A stretch of DNA of 64,000 nucleotides. Origin: Candidatus Azotimanducaceae bacterium (GTDB lineage Bacteria > Pseudomonadota > Gammaproteobacteria > Pseudomonadales > Azotimanducaceae). The translations under genes and the position numbers were made by a program. The stretch lies in assembly GCA_965199915.1 (NCBI GenBank), contig OZ241348.1, positions 4,622,414-4,686,413 on the forward strand, given 5' to 3'. The notes under the pieces are model-generated. The model saw nothing but the letters and a program-made list of their open reading frames with translations, had not been told where the DNA came from and did no database searches. This document shows, in pieces, positions 47,700 to 57,390 of the stretch (position 1 is its first letter; every line of letters begins with the position of its first letter).

Positions 47700-49595
47700 G
47701 TGAACACCATGATGCTGTTGGAGATGGCCGCCGGCGGGTTCGGCGACCGCGTCGCCTTCACCGATTCGCGCGCAGGCGCGTCCATCACCTATCAGCAGCT
47801 GTACGACGCCGCCGGCGCGGCGGCGCGCGACATCCGCGCCTCCGGGGCGACCCGCGCCGCCATGCTCGATGTGAGCAACCTCGCCGTGCCGGTGGCGTTG
47901 TTCGCGGCCGGTTGGGCCGGGGTGCCGTATGTGCCCATCAACTACCGCCTCACGGCCGAAGAGATCGACGCGCTGCTCGCCCGCGTGCAACCCGCCTACT
48001 TGGTGACGGACGCGGAGCGCGTTCCCCGCCTCCAAGGCCGGGACGGCGTGGCCCTGCGCGAGCGCGACGGCTTCTTGGCAATGGCGCGCGCCGGCGGCGG
48101 CAGCGACGAGCAACGCTCCATGGACCCGGACGACGTCGGCGTGCTGCTCTTCACCAGCGGCACCACCGGCGCGCCGAAAGCCGCCATGCTGCGCCACCGG
48201 CACTTGGTGTCCTACATCCTCAGTTCGGTGGAGTTCCACTCCGCCGCCGAGGAGGAAGCCGCGCTGGTGTGCGTGCCGCCTTACCACATTGCCGGCATCG
48301 CCGCGGCGCTGAGTTCCGTGTACGCCGGCCGCCGCGTGGTGCAGTTGCCCAACTTCAGCGCCGATGCGTGGATCGACGCGGCGCGCGCCGAGCGCATCAC
48401 CACCGCCTTCGTGGTGCCCACCATGCTCGCCCGCATCGTCGCCGCTCTGGAAGGCGAGAAGACGGCGCGCATGCCGCACCTGCAATCGCTCTCCTACGGC
48501 GGCGGCAAGATGCCGTTGCCGGTGGTCGAGAAGGCCATGGCGCTGTTCCCGGACACGGACTTCACGAACGCCTACGGCCTCACCGAGACCAGCTCCACCG
48601 TCACCGTGCTCGGTCCGGACGAGCATCGCGCCGCCATGTCCGCGCGCGACGAAGCTGGTCGGCGCCGCCTGGTGTCCGTGGGCGTCGCCATGCCCGGCGT
48701 GGAAATCGAAATCCGCGATGACCAAGGCAGATCCCTGCCGCCGGGCGAGCGCGGCGAGATCCACGTGCGCGGTGAACAGGTTTCCGGCGAATACGAGGAT
48801 CGCGGCAGCCTGGTGGACGCCGATGGCTGGTTCCCCACCCGCGACGCCGGATACATGGACGAGGACGGCTACCTGTTCCTGGACGGACGCGCCGACGACG
48901 TGATCGTGCGCGGCGGCGAGAACCTCTCGCCCGGGGAGATAGAAGACATGCTGATCGCGCACGCGGCGGTGGCCGACGCCGCCGTGGTCGGCGTGCCCAG
49001 CGTGGAGTGGGGCGAAGCCGTGGCCGCGGTGGTGGTGGCCAAGAGCGGCACGCCGGTGGGCGAGCCCCTAGCGGGCGAACTGCAAGCCTGGGTGAAGGAA
49101 CACATGCGCTCCTCGCGCGTGCCGGAGCGTGTGGACTTCTGGGGCGAGCTGCCTTACAACGAAACCGGCAAACTGCTGCGCCGGGTGGTGAAGGCGCGCC
49201 TGGTCGAGCCGCGCCGGAACGTCCGCGCCACGGTGCCGCTGGTGCGCGTCGCGGACATCGAACGCTCCCTCGCCTTCTATTGCGATCAGCTGGGGTTCAC
49301 CCTGCGGGGCCGCTGGGACCCGGACGGCAAGCTCGCTTGGTGCCTGCTGGCGATGGAAGGCGCCCAGCTAATGCTGCAACAGGCGGGACCGCAGAACGCG
49401 GACGGCCTCGCCCAAAGCGGCGGCGACATCGAGCTGTTCTTCGTTTGCGAGGACGTGGACGCGCTGCGCGAACGCTTCCTGGGCCGCGGCGTGGACGCCC
49501 CGCCGCCAACGGTGGCGTTCTACGGCATGCGCCAACTCGCCGTCGCGGACCCCGACGGGCGCTCGCTCTGCTTCGAGCACCCGGTTGCCTCTTAA
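47700..49595 (+). CDS. AMP-dependent acyl-CoA synthetase/ligase fused to a C-terminal glyoxalase/VOC domain
   Basis: LLFTSGTTGAPKAAML, YGLTETS, GWFPTRDAGYMDEDGYLFLDGRADDVI are adenylation motifs. The last 120 aa or so (VPLVRVADIERSLAFYCDQLGF ... GMRQLAVADPDGRSLCF) look like a VOC fold. Confidence 0.85.
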   Translation: MNTMMLLEMAAGGFGDRVAFTDSRAGASITYQQLYDAAGAAARDIRASGATRAAMLDVSNLAVPVALFAAGWAGVPYVPINYRLTAEEIDALLARVQPAYLVTDAERVPRLQGRDGVALRERDGFLAMARAGGGSDEQRSMDPDDVGVLLFTSGTTGAPKAAMLRHRHLVSYILSSVEFHSAAEEEAALVCVPPYHIAGIAAALSSVYAGRRVVQLPNFSADAWIDAARAERITTAFVVPTMLARIVAALEGEKTARMPHLQSLSYGGGKMPLPVVEKAMALFPDTDFTNAYGLTETSSTVTVLGPDEHRAAMSARDEAGRRRLVSVGVAMPGVEIEIRDDQGRSLPPGERGEIHVRGEQVSGEYEDRGSLVDADGWFPTRDAGYMDEDGYLFLDGRADDVIVRGGENLSPGEIEDMLIAHAAVADAAVVGVPSVEWGEAVAAVVVAKSGTPVGEPLAGELQAWVKEHMRSSRVPERVDFWGELPYNETGKLLRRVVKARLVEPRRNVRATVPLVRVADIERSLAFYCDQLGFTLRGRWDPDGKLAWCLLAMEGAQLMLQQAGPQNADGLAQSGGDIELFFVCEDVDALRERFLGRGVDAPPPTVAFYGMRQLAVADPDGRSLCFEHPVAS

Positions 49596-49633
49596 CGGGT
49601 TTCGCGGCGAGCGCGCACCCGAAAGGGCGCGCC

Positions 49634-52624
49634 TTAACCCCTCGTCATGCGCAGGTCGATGTAGAAGTTCCTGCCGTAGTCGGAGTGGACGTCCGACATG
49701 TAGCCGAAGTAACGATCGGCGAAGGGCGCGCGCTCGTCGGTTAGGTTGCGCACCCCGAAGCGCAACCGCATGTCGGCCTCGCCGAAGCTCTCGAAGCGGT
49801 AGTCGAAGGTGGTGTTCCATGTCGTCATCGGCGCCAGCCAAAACCGTCGGCCGTCCTCCCACGTCAAGGATTCCTGGTAGACCTTGCCGATCTTCACCGC
49901 GGACAACGCGGCGCCGAAGGCGGCGCGCCGCCAGGAAAGCGAGAAGTTGTGCTTCTGCCGCGGGTTGCCGTCGTTCTCCACCAAATCCGCGAAGCCGCCC
50001 ACCGGAATGTTCGCGGGGATGGTGCCGTCCCGTTTCGCGGCCACCAATTCGGCGGCGTCTCCGCCGGCGTCCTGCTCCAGCTTGCGCAGGAACGACGCGG
50101 AATACTTCAGCGTGAACCGTCCCACGTTGCTTTCCAAGCGGTAGCGCAGGCCGACATCGTAGCCTTCCACGGTGCGCGTGTCCAAGTTCGCGTAGCGGTC
50201 GTTGATGCGCTCGATGTCGCCGGCCGGGCAAATGCCGGCCGCCAAGTACACGGCCGCGGCGGCGGCGTCCACTTCGGAGGAGCGCAGCACCGCCGGGTTC
50301 GGCGCCAAGGAAGCGCAGTCGGCGGTGCCGTGGCGCAGGCGCAACAGCAAGTCCCGCACGGTGTGGTTCTCCTCGCCGAGCAGACCGATGGTGTCGATCT
50401 TCTCAATGCTCCAGTAGTCCAGCGTCAGCGTGAGGTTGTCGGACGGCGTGACCACCACGCCGGCCGAGTAGTTGTCGGACTTCTCCGCCACCAGCGCCTT
50501 GCTGCCTTGGGCGGTGCGCTGAATCGAGTTCCGGCAGTCGAGCTTGGTTTGTTCCGGATCCGCGTACAGGCAGGTGTAGTCGTTGCGCGGGTTCTGCCGC
50601 GCCACGATGGTCTCGTTCACGGTCACCAGATTGGGCGCGCGGAACGCCTGCGACCAGGAGCCGCGCAGCAGCACGGCATCGTGCGGGCGCCAGCCGGCGG
50701 CCACCTTGCCCACCACCGTGTCGCCCACGTCCGAGAAGTTCTCGTAGCGCGCCGCGACCTGCACATCAACGGTCTCGAAGAGCGGTGCTTGCAACTCCAC
50801 GAACAGCGAGGTCACCGTGCGGTCGCCGGAGTTGTCCGGCGTTGGGCTGGAGTTCATCACGTCCGACACGAACGGGAAGGTGTCGCCTTGGAAATCCGTG
50901 AACGCGATGGTGCCGTCCAGGCGCGGGTCGCGGTCGTCTTCGAAGGATTCGCGGCGAAACTCGGCGCCGGCCACCAGCCCGGCCGCGCCGGCCGGGAGCG
51001 CGAACAGCGCGTCGTGGCTCAGCTGGAAGTCCGTCAGGAACAGCGCGCTCTCGTTGTCGCGCCGCACGCTAACCAAGGCGCGCTCGAGGTTGCTGTCCAC
51101 GCCGCCGCTGAACGGGTTGTAGGCCGCCGGCGTGGGATCGGCCAAGGCTTCCACCATGAGCGTGTTGGAAATCCGGTTGCGCGTGACGTCGCTGCGCTCG
51201 GCCTTGGCGTACAGCACCGCGCCCTCCCAATCCCATTCGTTCCACGCGCCGCGCAGACCTTGCAGCAGACGGTAGGAGGTGCCGTCCACGTCCACGACGC
51301 GCGGCAGCTCGGCGTAGCGGTAGTTGTCGATCTCCAGTTGCAATCCGCTGCACGGCACATCGGGAATCGCCTCCTCCGGCAGCCGGTTGGGCGAGTCGCA
51401 GGGACCGAACGGGTTGTAGTAGTTCTCCGCGCCCACGCGCAGTTTCACCGCGGTGAACGCAAATGATGGATGGCGCAACAAGTTGTTCTCGGAGCGGTAG
51501 TACAGCACCTCCGTGAACGCCTCCACGGCGTCCAATTGATGGGTTACGAAGGCGAGCGCGCTGTAGCGGGTGAGCTCTCCGGAGAGGTCGCGGTACTCGT
51601 TCACGTTGTAGCGGATCAGATCCAACGAGGAGGAATCGGCGGCGCCGCACACGTGCGCGTTCAGCTCCCACTCGCAGCGCGAATCGCCGACGGGATAGAC
51701 GTGGAACTCGCCGCGCTCGTCCGTGAAGTCGTCGCGAAGAAGCCCGGTGCGGCGCGCGCTGGTGACGACATCGAACTGGCCGTAGAAAGAGTGGGCACTG
51801 GAGTTGAGAAACGCCGTTGCGCCCGCCCAAGGCCATTCGGTGGCGCGGCTGCGCAAGTCCGCGTTCGCCCAGCGTCCATCCTCCTGGGCGTTCACGCGCT
51901 CGCGTTTCAACAACCGGCCGGAGACGTTCACCGTGGTGCGTCCGTCGTTCAAGGTGGTGCCCCAGGCCGCGTTCAAGCTGATGGGAGAGCGCTCGATGTG
52001 GTCGTAGAAGCCGTAGCGCGCCTGCACCTTGAAGCCCTCGAAATCGCTCTCGAGCACGTTGTTCACCACGCCGGCCACCGCGTCCGCGCCGTAGATGGCC
52101 GAAGCGCCGTCCTTGAGGATCTCCACGCGGTCGAGGCCGAAGGTGGGCACCACGTTCGAGTTGGCGGTGTTCACCGGCACGAAACTGCCGCCCACCTCCT
52201 CGGTTTGGAAGCCGGCGGCGTTCACCATGCGCCGACCGTTCAGCAGCACAAGCGTGTTGCCGGTGCCGAGGTTGCGCAGGTTGAACGCGCCCACATCGCC
52301 GCGCGCCGAGTTCACGCCGCCGCTGATGTTCTCCGCCTCGTTGAAGAAGTTCTGGCCCTGCTCGGGCAGCAATTCAAGCAGATCGTCGCCGGATTCGACG
52401 CCGAACAGCTCGATTTGCTCGCTGTCGAAGACCGACACCGGCAAGACGCCGCTGATGTTCGCGCCCTTGATGTGCGTGCCGGTGACGATCACCTCCTCGA
52501 TGACGTCGTTCGCCGCGGTGGCGGTGGGCGCAGCGTCTTCGGCGGCGACCGCCGCGGCGATGGCGCACACGCCCGCGGCGATTGCCGCGCGGCGGATGGC
52601 GGCACGGTGTCGGTGTGCTGTCAT
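49634..52624 (-). CDS. TonB-dependent receptor
   Basis: Signal peptide from ATG 52624, plug region EEVIVTGTHIKG ... VEILKDGASAIYGADAVAGVVN, and a long beta-barrel. About 996 aa. Confidence 0.9.
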   Translation of the reverse strand: MTAHRHRAAIRRAAIAAGVCAIAAAVAAEDAAPTATAANDVIEEVIVTGTHIKGANISGVLPVSVFDSEQIELFGVESGDDLLELLPEQGQNFFNEAENISGGVNSARGDVGAFNLRNLGTGNTLVLLNGRRMVNAAGFQTEEVGGSFVPVNTANSNVVPTFGLDRVEILKDGASAIYGADAVAGVVNNVLESDFEGFKVQARYGFYDHIERSPISLNAAWGTTLNDGRTTVNVSGRLLKRERVNAQEDGRWANADLRSRATEWPWAGATAFLNSSAHSFYGQFDVVTSARRTGLLRDDFTDERGEFHVYPVGDSRCEWELNAHVCGAADSSSLDLIRYNVNEYRDLSGELTRYSALAFVTHQLDAVEAFTEVLYYRSENNLLRHPSFAFTAVKLRVGAENYYNPFGPCDSPNRLPEEAIPDVPCSGLQLEIDNYRYAELPRVVDVDGTSYRLLQGLRGAWNEWDWEGAVLYAKAERSDVTRNRISNTLMVEALADPTPAAYNPFSGGVDSNLERALVSVRRDNESALFLTDFQLSHDALFALPAGAAGLVAGAEFRRESFEDDRDPRLDGTIAFTDFQGDTFPFVSDVMNSSPTPDNSGDRTVTSLFVELQAPLFETVDVQVAARYENFSDVGDTVVGKVAAGWRPHDAVLLRGSWSQAFRAPNLVTVNETIVARQNPRNDYTCLYADPEQTKLDCRNSIQRTAQGSKALVAEKSDNYSAGVVVTPSDNLTLTLDYWSIEKIDTIGLLGEENHTVRDLLLRLRHGTADCASLAPNPAVLRSSEVDAAAAAVYLAAGICPAGDIERINDRYANLDTRTVEGYDVGLRYRLESNVGRFTLKYSASFLRKLEQDAGGDAAELVAAKRDGTIPANIPVGGFADLVENDGNPRQKHNFSLSWRRAAFGAALSAVKIGKVYQESLTWEDGRRFWLAPMTTWNTTFDYRFESFGEADMRLRFGVRNLTDERAPFADRYFGYMSDVHSDYGRNFYIDLRMTRG

Positions 52625-52882
52625 GGTTCCCCTTGGTTTCCCTTCGTGTTTCGCGTCGCGCGAACGCGCCATGCTAAGGCGAATCGCCCAAACTGTCCAT
52701 GCCGCGGGCCGCGCGAAGCCGTTTGGAGCGCGCCTTCGGCGGGGTCAATCACGCGACACCGCGGCGGCGCAACCGTCGCTACTTCGCGCGCGGCGGTTGC
52801 AGGCGTTGGCCGCCGCCCACTACGCTGCCGTCACCGCGTCCGTGCCTTGCCGCGCGGCCGCGCGGCGACTTGGAGATCACCT

Positions 52883-54475
52883 ATGCGCCATGCCACACGC
52901 CTGTTCACCCTGTTGACCATTGCCGGCGCGCTCGCCGGCGGTGTTCGCGCCGCGGAAGTGGTGTTCGACCGCTACGCGGTGAACACCGGCGCCCAGCGCG
53001 AGACGGTGTTGACAGGGTCTTTCCTAGGCAATCCGTTCGCGGACATCGCCCTCGTCGGAGAGGACGAGCACGGCAATCGCCGGGTGCGCGTCTTCGCTCT
53101 CGAAGCTCTGGAAGAAGGAGGTTGGAAGCCGGCGGTGTCCGCGTCGTTGCGGCCGGGGGCGCTGTTCGCCGGTGTGGTGGGCGTCGACGCGCCGCCGGGG
53201 GCGAAGACCGATCGCTTGTTCATCTACGAACGGGGACAGTTGAGGTGGTTCGACCCCGAGACCAAGACGGAACGACCATTGGTGCCCTTGGAGACCCGTT
53301 ACCGCGGCAGCGGCGACGGGGGCGTCCCGGCCATGGACATCGCCCGGGACCTCAACGGCGACGGCCGCGACGATCTGCTGGTGCCGGACACGGATGGCTT
53401 TTGGATTTCCATCCAAGCACCGGGCGGCACGTTCGCGCAGCCCGTCAAGCTCGGGCCGCCGGATCCGTACTTGGCCGCTGTCGCCTTGGGCGAATCCCGC
53501 ACCCACGGCGAGACGGGCGTCAACCCCACGACTTGGCCTTGGTACTCAAGCCGCGTCCATCAGGCCGACTACGACCGCGACGGACGCATGGACCTCGTGT
53601 TTTGGAACCAAGATCACTTCGATGTCCACTTCCAAGACGCGCATGGTCAATTCGACCCGGTCGCCAAGGCGTTCCCCGCCGACGTCCCGTTCGACGCGGA
53701 CGGCACCTACGCGCTGATGTTCGAATACACCGACGAGAACACGCTCAGATTGATTCTGGGATTGCGGAAGAAGACCCAGATCACGATGCTGCACGCCTTG
53801 CGCGACATGAACGGCGACGGCATTGCGGATTTGACCACCCTGTCGCTCGAAGGCCGCAGCCTCGCCAACCACCGCGGCGTGTACCGAGTGCATTTCGGCG
53901 CGGCCGCGCCGGGGGGCACCGCTTTTGGCCGCGAGGCGGACGTCACGATTCGACCGCGCGGCAAGGCCGGCGCCTTGCAAGCGTCCGGCTACTCGTCCGT
54001 TTGGATGCGGGATTTCGATGCCGACGGCGACACCGATGTGCTGTTCCGGGACGTCGCCGTGGGCATTGGCGGGATGGTGCGGGCGATGGCCGGCAAGTCC
54101 GTGGCCTTGAACGTGGAGTTCTACCGCATGGAGGAAGGCGGCTTTCCCCGCGGGCGGGCGGTTCGGCGCCGGGTCCGACCGCGCCTCTACCCCATCGGCG
54201 CCGGCGTGTTCTTTCCGCCGGTGCTGATCGGCGACCTGCACGGCGACGGACGCTTGGACCTGGTGTTCGGCAAGAGCCGGAAGGAACTGCGCGTATTCGC
54301 CGGCGTCGACGGGCCGGACGCTTTCGCGCGGCGGCCGCAGAAGCTGTCCGTCGCGCTGCCCGACGACGAGCGCAACACGCGGTTGGTGGATTTCAACAGC
54401 GACGGCAAGCAGGACATCCTCATCTACAACACGCGCGCCAAACCGCACCAGCTAACGACGCTGATCACTCGCTGA
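52883..54475 (+). CDS. secreted FG-GAP/VCBS-repeat (beta-propeller) protein
   Basis: Signal peptide MRHATRLFTLLTIAGALAGGVRA. Six D-x-[ND]-x-DG-x-x-D repeats (DLNGDGRDDL, DYDRDGRMDL, DMNGDGIADL, DFDADGDTDV, DLHGDGRLDL, DFNSDGKQDI). Only the last 530 aa of the 1001-aa track ORF are called. Confidence 0.85.
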   Translation: MRHATRLFTLLTIAGALAGGVRAAEVVFDRYAVNTGAQRETVLTGSFLGNPFADIALVGEDEHGNRRVRVFALEALEEGGWKPAVSASLRPGALFAGVVGVDAPPGAKTDRLFIYERGQLRWFDPETKTERPLVPLETRYRGSGDGGVPAMDIARDLNGDGRDDLLVPDTDGFWISIQAPGGTFAQPVKLGPPDPYLAAVALGESRTHGETGVNPTTWPWYSSRVHQADYDRDGRMDLVFWNQDHFDVHFQDAHGQFDPVAKAFPADVPFDADGTYALMFEYTDENTLRLILGLRKKTQITMLHALRDMNGDGIADLTTLSLEGRSLANHRGVYRVHFGAAAPGGTAFGREADVTIRPRGKAGALQASGYSSVWMRDFDADGDTDVLFRDVAVGIGGMVRAMAGKSVALNVEFYRMEEGGFPRGRAVRRRVRPRLYPIGAGVFFPPVLIGDLHGDGRLDLVFGKSRKELRVFAGVDGPDAFARRPQKLSVALPDDERNTRLVDFNSDGKQDILIYNTRAKPHQLTTLITR

Positions 54476-54545
54476 CGGTTTCCGGCACCGTCGCGTTGGG
54501 ACGCAAACCGGATCTTCTGGAGCGGCGAGCTGATCTTGCACCCCT

Positions 54546-54562
54546 TGCACCATATTGGTGCG
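54546..54562 (+). promoter_or_regulatory. NtrC-type enhancer site
   Basis: tgcaccatattggtgcg is a near-consensus TGCACC-N5-GGTGC dyad (GCAC-N7-GTGC). An extra half-site ttgcacc lies just upstream. Confidence 0.6.
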
Positions 54563-54638
54563 TTCGGCTGCTCCATTGTGCGTCGCGGTTGCCTCGAACC
54601 GACGCTCCCCCACGGCCAAGCCGCGCTTGTTCGCCGTT

Positions 54639-54654
54639 TGGCACGCGCATTGCT
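54639..54654 (+). promoter_or_regulatory. sigma-54 (-24/-12) promoter of the urea/guanidine carboxylase cluster
   Basis: TGGCACgcgcaTTGCT matches TGGCAC-N5-TTGCW exactly. It lies 48 nt upstream of ATG 54702. Confidence 0.7.
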
Positions 54655-54701
54655 TGCACGGAGAGCAGCGCCTCCCAAGTCACCACCACTGAGGAGCCAC
54701 C

Positions 54702-55769
54702 ATGTCCATTCGCTTCGTTCGGCGCGCGCTGCTTGCCGCCACCGTCTCTCTGCTTGCTTTCGGCTCTTCCCCGGCACTCGCCAAGGACGACTACAAGATC
54801 GCCTGGAGCATCTACGTCGGCTGGATGCCCTGGGACTACGCCGCCGAGGCCGGCATCGTCGAGAAATGGGCGGACAAGTACGGCATCACCATCGAGGTGG
54901 TGCAGTTCAACGACTACATCGAGTCCATCAACCAATACACCGCCGGCGCCTTCGACGGCTGCACGATGACCAACATGGACGCGCTGACCATCCCCGCGGC
55001 GGGCGGGCGCGACTCCACGGCCTTGATCGTCGGCGACTTCTCCAACGGCAACGACGGCATCGTGCTCAAGGGGGCGGGCAAGACCCTCGCGGACATCAAG
55101 GGCCAGAACGTCAACCTGGTGGAGCTGTCCGTCTCGCACTACATGCTGGCGCGCGCCTTGGCCACCCTGGAGATGTCCGAGCGCGACCTCACCGTGGTCA
55201 ACACCTCGGACGCGGACATCGTCGCCGCCTTCGCCACCGACGACGTGACCGCGGTGGTCACTTGGAATCCCCTCCTGGCGGAAGTGCGGGCGCTGCCGGA
55301 TGTGAGCCCGGTGTTCGACTCCTCCATGATCCCCGGCGAGATCATCGACATGCTGGTGGTGAGCACCGGCGCGCTCGCGGACGCGCGCTTTGGCAAAGCC
55401 CTCGTCGGCGCTTGGTACGAGACCATGGCGGCGATGTCCGCGCCCGGCGCGGCGGGCGATGCGGCGAAAACGCACATGGCCGAGGCTTCGGGCACGGACC
55501 TCGCCGGCTACAACGCGCAACTCGCCGCCACGCAGATGTTCTACACGCCGCAGCCGGCGGTGCGGTTCGTGCGCTCGGCGGCGCTCGGCGAGACGATGGC
55601 CAACGTCACCGCCTTCTCCTTCGAGCACGGCTTGCTCGGCGAAGGCGCGACGGACGCGGGCTTCATCGGCGTCGCGTTGCCGGGCGGCGAGATTCTGGGC
55701 GCCAAGGACAACGTCCAGCTGCGCTTCGACGACACCTACATGCAAATGGCGGCGGACGGCAAGCTGTAG
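54702..55769 (+). CDS. ABC transporter periplasmic substrate-binding protein (NitT/TauT family, urea-carboxylase-region type)
   Basis: Signal peptide, then KIAWSIYVGWMPWDYA pattern. First gene of the cluster. Confidence 0.85.
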   Translation: MSIRFVRRALLAATVSLLAFGSSPALAKDDYKIAWSIYVGWMPWDYAAEAGIVEKWADKYGITIEVVQFNDYIESINQYTAGAFDGCTMTNMDALTIPAAGGRDSTALIVGDFSNGNDGIVLKGAGKTLADIKGQNVNLVELSVSHYMLARALATLEMSERDLTVVNTSDADIVAAFATDDVTAVVTWNPLLAEVRALPDVSPVFDSSMIPGEIIDMLVVSTGALADARFGKALVGAWYETMAAMSAPGAAGDAAKTHMAEASGTDLAGYNAQLAATQMFYTPQPAVRFVRSAALGETMANVTAFSFEHGLLGEGATDAGFIGVALPGGEILGAKDNVQLRFDDTYMQMAADGKL

Positions 55770-55792
55770 CGGTGCAACGAAGGGGCGCGACC

Positions 55793-56602
55793 GTGCGGGC
55801 GATCAACCGCCAGCCCGGCCGCCTGCGCGTCCTCGCCGCGGCGGCGCCGTTCGCGCTGGCGCTGCTGGTCTACGCGCTCGCCTCCAGCGCCCGCTTGGCC
55901 GAAAACCCCAACGACAAGCTGCTGCCGAGCATGGCCGGCATCGCCGCCGCCGTCGAGCGGATGGCGTTCGCGCCGGATCGGCGCAGCGGCAAGTACCTGT
56001 TCTGGAACGACACCGCATCAAGTCTGCGGCGGCTCTCCGTCGGCGTAGCGACCGGCGCCGCGCTCGCTTTGGGCGTCGGCGTGTTGAACGGCCTCGTGCC
56101 TTGGTTCGGCGCGTTCTTCTCGCCGTGGGTGCGGGCGCTTTCCATGATCCCGCCGCTGGCCGTGCTGCCCATATTGTTCATCGCGTTCGGCATCGGCGAA
56201 CTGGCGAAGGTGATGCTGATCGTGCTCGGCACAACGCCGTTTCTGATGCGCGACGTCGAACAGCGGGTGCGCGAGCTGCCGCGGGAACAGTTGGTGAAAG
56301 CGCAAACCCTGGATGCTTCGAGTTGGCAAATCGCCATCCGCGTGGTGTTGCCGCAAGTGCTGCCGCGACTGATCGACGGCGTGCGGTTGTCGCTGGGCGC
56401 CGCGTGGCTCTTCCTGATCGCCGCCGAAGCCATCGCTTCCACCGACGGACTGGGCTACCGCATTTTTCTGGTGCGCCGCTACTTGGCGATGGACGTGATC
56501 CTGCCCTACGTCGCGTGGATCACGCTGCTGGCGTTCCTGCTGGACTTCGGCTTGAAGCGCGCCAACAGGTTGCTCTTTCCCTGGTACGGGGCGGATTCGT
56601 GA
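55793..56602 (+). CDS. ABC transporter permease
   Basis: GTG 55793. EAA-loop-like region LVKAQTLDASSWQIAIRVVLPQVLP. Six predicted TM segments. Confidence 0.85.
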   Translation: MRAINRQPGRLRVLAAAAPFALALLVYALASSARLAENPNDKLLPSMAGIAAAVERMAFAPDRRSGKYLFWNDTASSLRRLSVGVATGAALALGVGVLNGLVPWFGAFFSPWVRALSMIPPLAVLPILFIAFGIGELAKVMLIVLGTTPFLMRDVEQRVRELPREQLVKAQTLDASSWQIAIRVVLPQVLPRLIDGVRLSLGAAWLFLIAAEAIASTDGLGYRIFLVRRYLAMDVILPYVAWITLLAFLLDFGLKRANRLLFPWYGADS

Positions 56603-57390
56603 CGCTCATCAAGGTGCGCAACGTGTGGAAACGGTATCGCGCCGCCAACGGCGGGCGCGGCGGGTGGAAAGTCGTGCTGGAGAACATCCGCTTGGAGGTC
56701 GAGGAAAGCGAGTTCGTCACCATCGTCGGCGCCTCGGGCTGCGGGAAGACTACCTTCCTGCGTTTGCTGCTCGGCGACCTCGCGCCTTGCGAAGGAGTGA
56801 TCGAATTGGCCGGCGAACCCCTCGCGCCCGAGCCGAACGCCCACCGCGGCGTCGTCTTTCAGCGCTATTCGGTGTTCCCCCACCTCACCGCGCTTGGCAA
56901 CGTGCTGCTCGGCTTGGAGTTCGGCGCGTCGCGCTTCCTCGGGCGCACGTTCGGCGCCAAGCGGGCGCGCAACATCGAGCAAGCCGAGAAGATGTTGGAT
57001 CGCGTGGGGCTGCTGGCATCGGCGAGCGCCTACGCGGCGCAGCTGTCCGGCGGCATGCAGCAGCGTTTGGCGCTCGCGCAAACGCTCGTCACCGCGCCGC
57101 GCGTCCTGCTGCTCGACGAGCCGTTCGGAGCGCTGGACCCGGGCATTCGCGCCGACATGCACGACCTCGTGCGTCAGCTCCACGCCGAATTGGCGCTCAC
57201 CGTGTTCATGGTGACGCACGACATCGCAGAGGGGTTCAAGCTGGGCACGCGCCTGCTGGTGTTCGACAAACCGCGCGTCGATCCGCACGAACCGGACCTC
57301 TACGGCGCCACGATCACCTTCGATCTCCCCGTGGCCAACGCGACCGCGGCGACCAAAGAACCGATTGCGCGGATTGAGCAGGCCGCATGA
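56599..57390 (+). CDS. ABC transporter ATP-binding protein
   Basis: GTG 56599 overlaps the permease stop. Walker A GASGCGKTT, signature LSGGMQQR, Walker B LLLDEPF. Confidence 0.92.
   Translation: MTLIKVRNVWKRYRAANGGRGGWKVVLENIRLEVEESEFVTIVGASGCGKTTFLRLLLGDLAPCEGVIELAGEPLAPEPNAHRGVVFQRYSVFPHLTALGNVLLGLEFGASRFLGRTFGAKRARNIEQAEKMLDRVGLLASASAYAAQLSGGMQQRLALAQTLVTAPRVLLLDEPFGALDPGIRADMHDLVRQLHAELALTVFMVTHDIAEGFKLGTRLLVFDKPRVDPHEPDLYGATITFDLPVANATAATKEPIARIEQAA

Noticed and set aside
51470-52882. N-terminal 470 aa of the 1001-aa plus-strand ORF 51470..54475.
   Set aside because: This part is antisense to the TonB-dependent receptor and has shadow-ORF composition. The real FG-GAP protein starts at ATG 52883 with a signal peptide.
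54471-54701. Possible guanidine-I (ykkC) riboswitch in the leader of the urea/guanidine carboxylase cluster (GGUUUCCGGC at 54476 resembles GGGUUCCGGC).
   Set aside because: Only this one block is similar, and it overlaps the stop region of the upstream gene. The invariant GGUCCGAGAG and ACGG..GGGA....CCCGGGAGA blocks are absent. An Infernal scan would be decisive.
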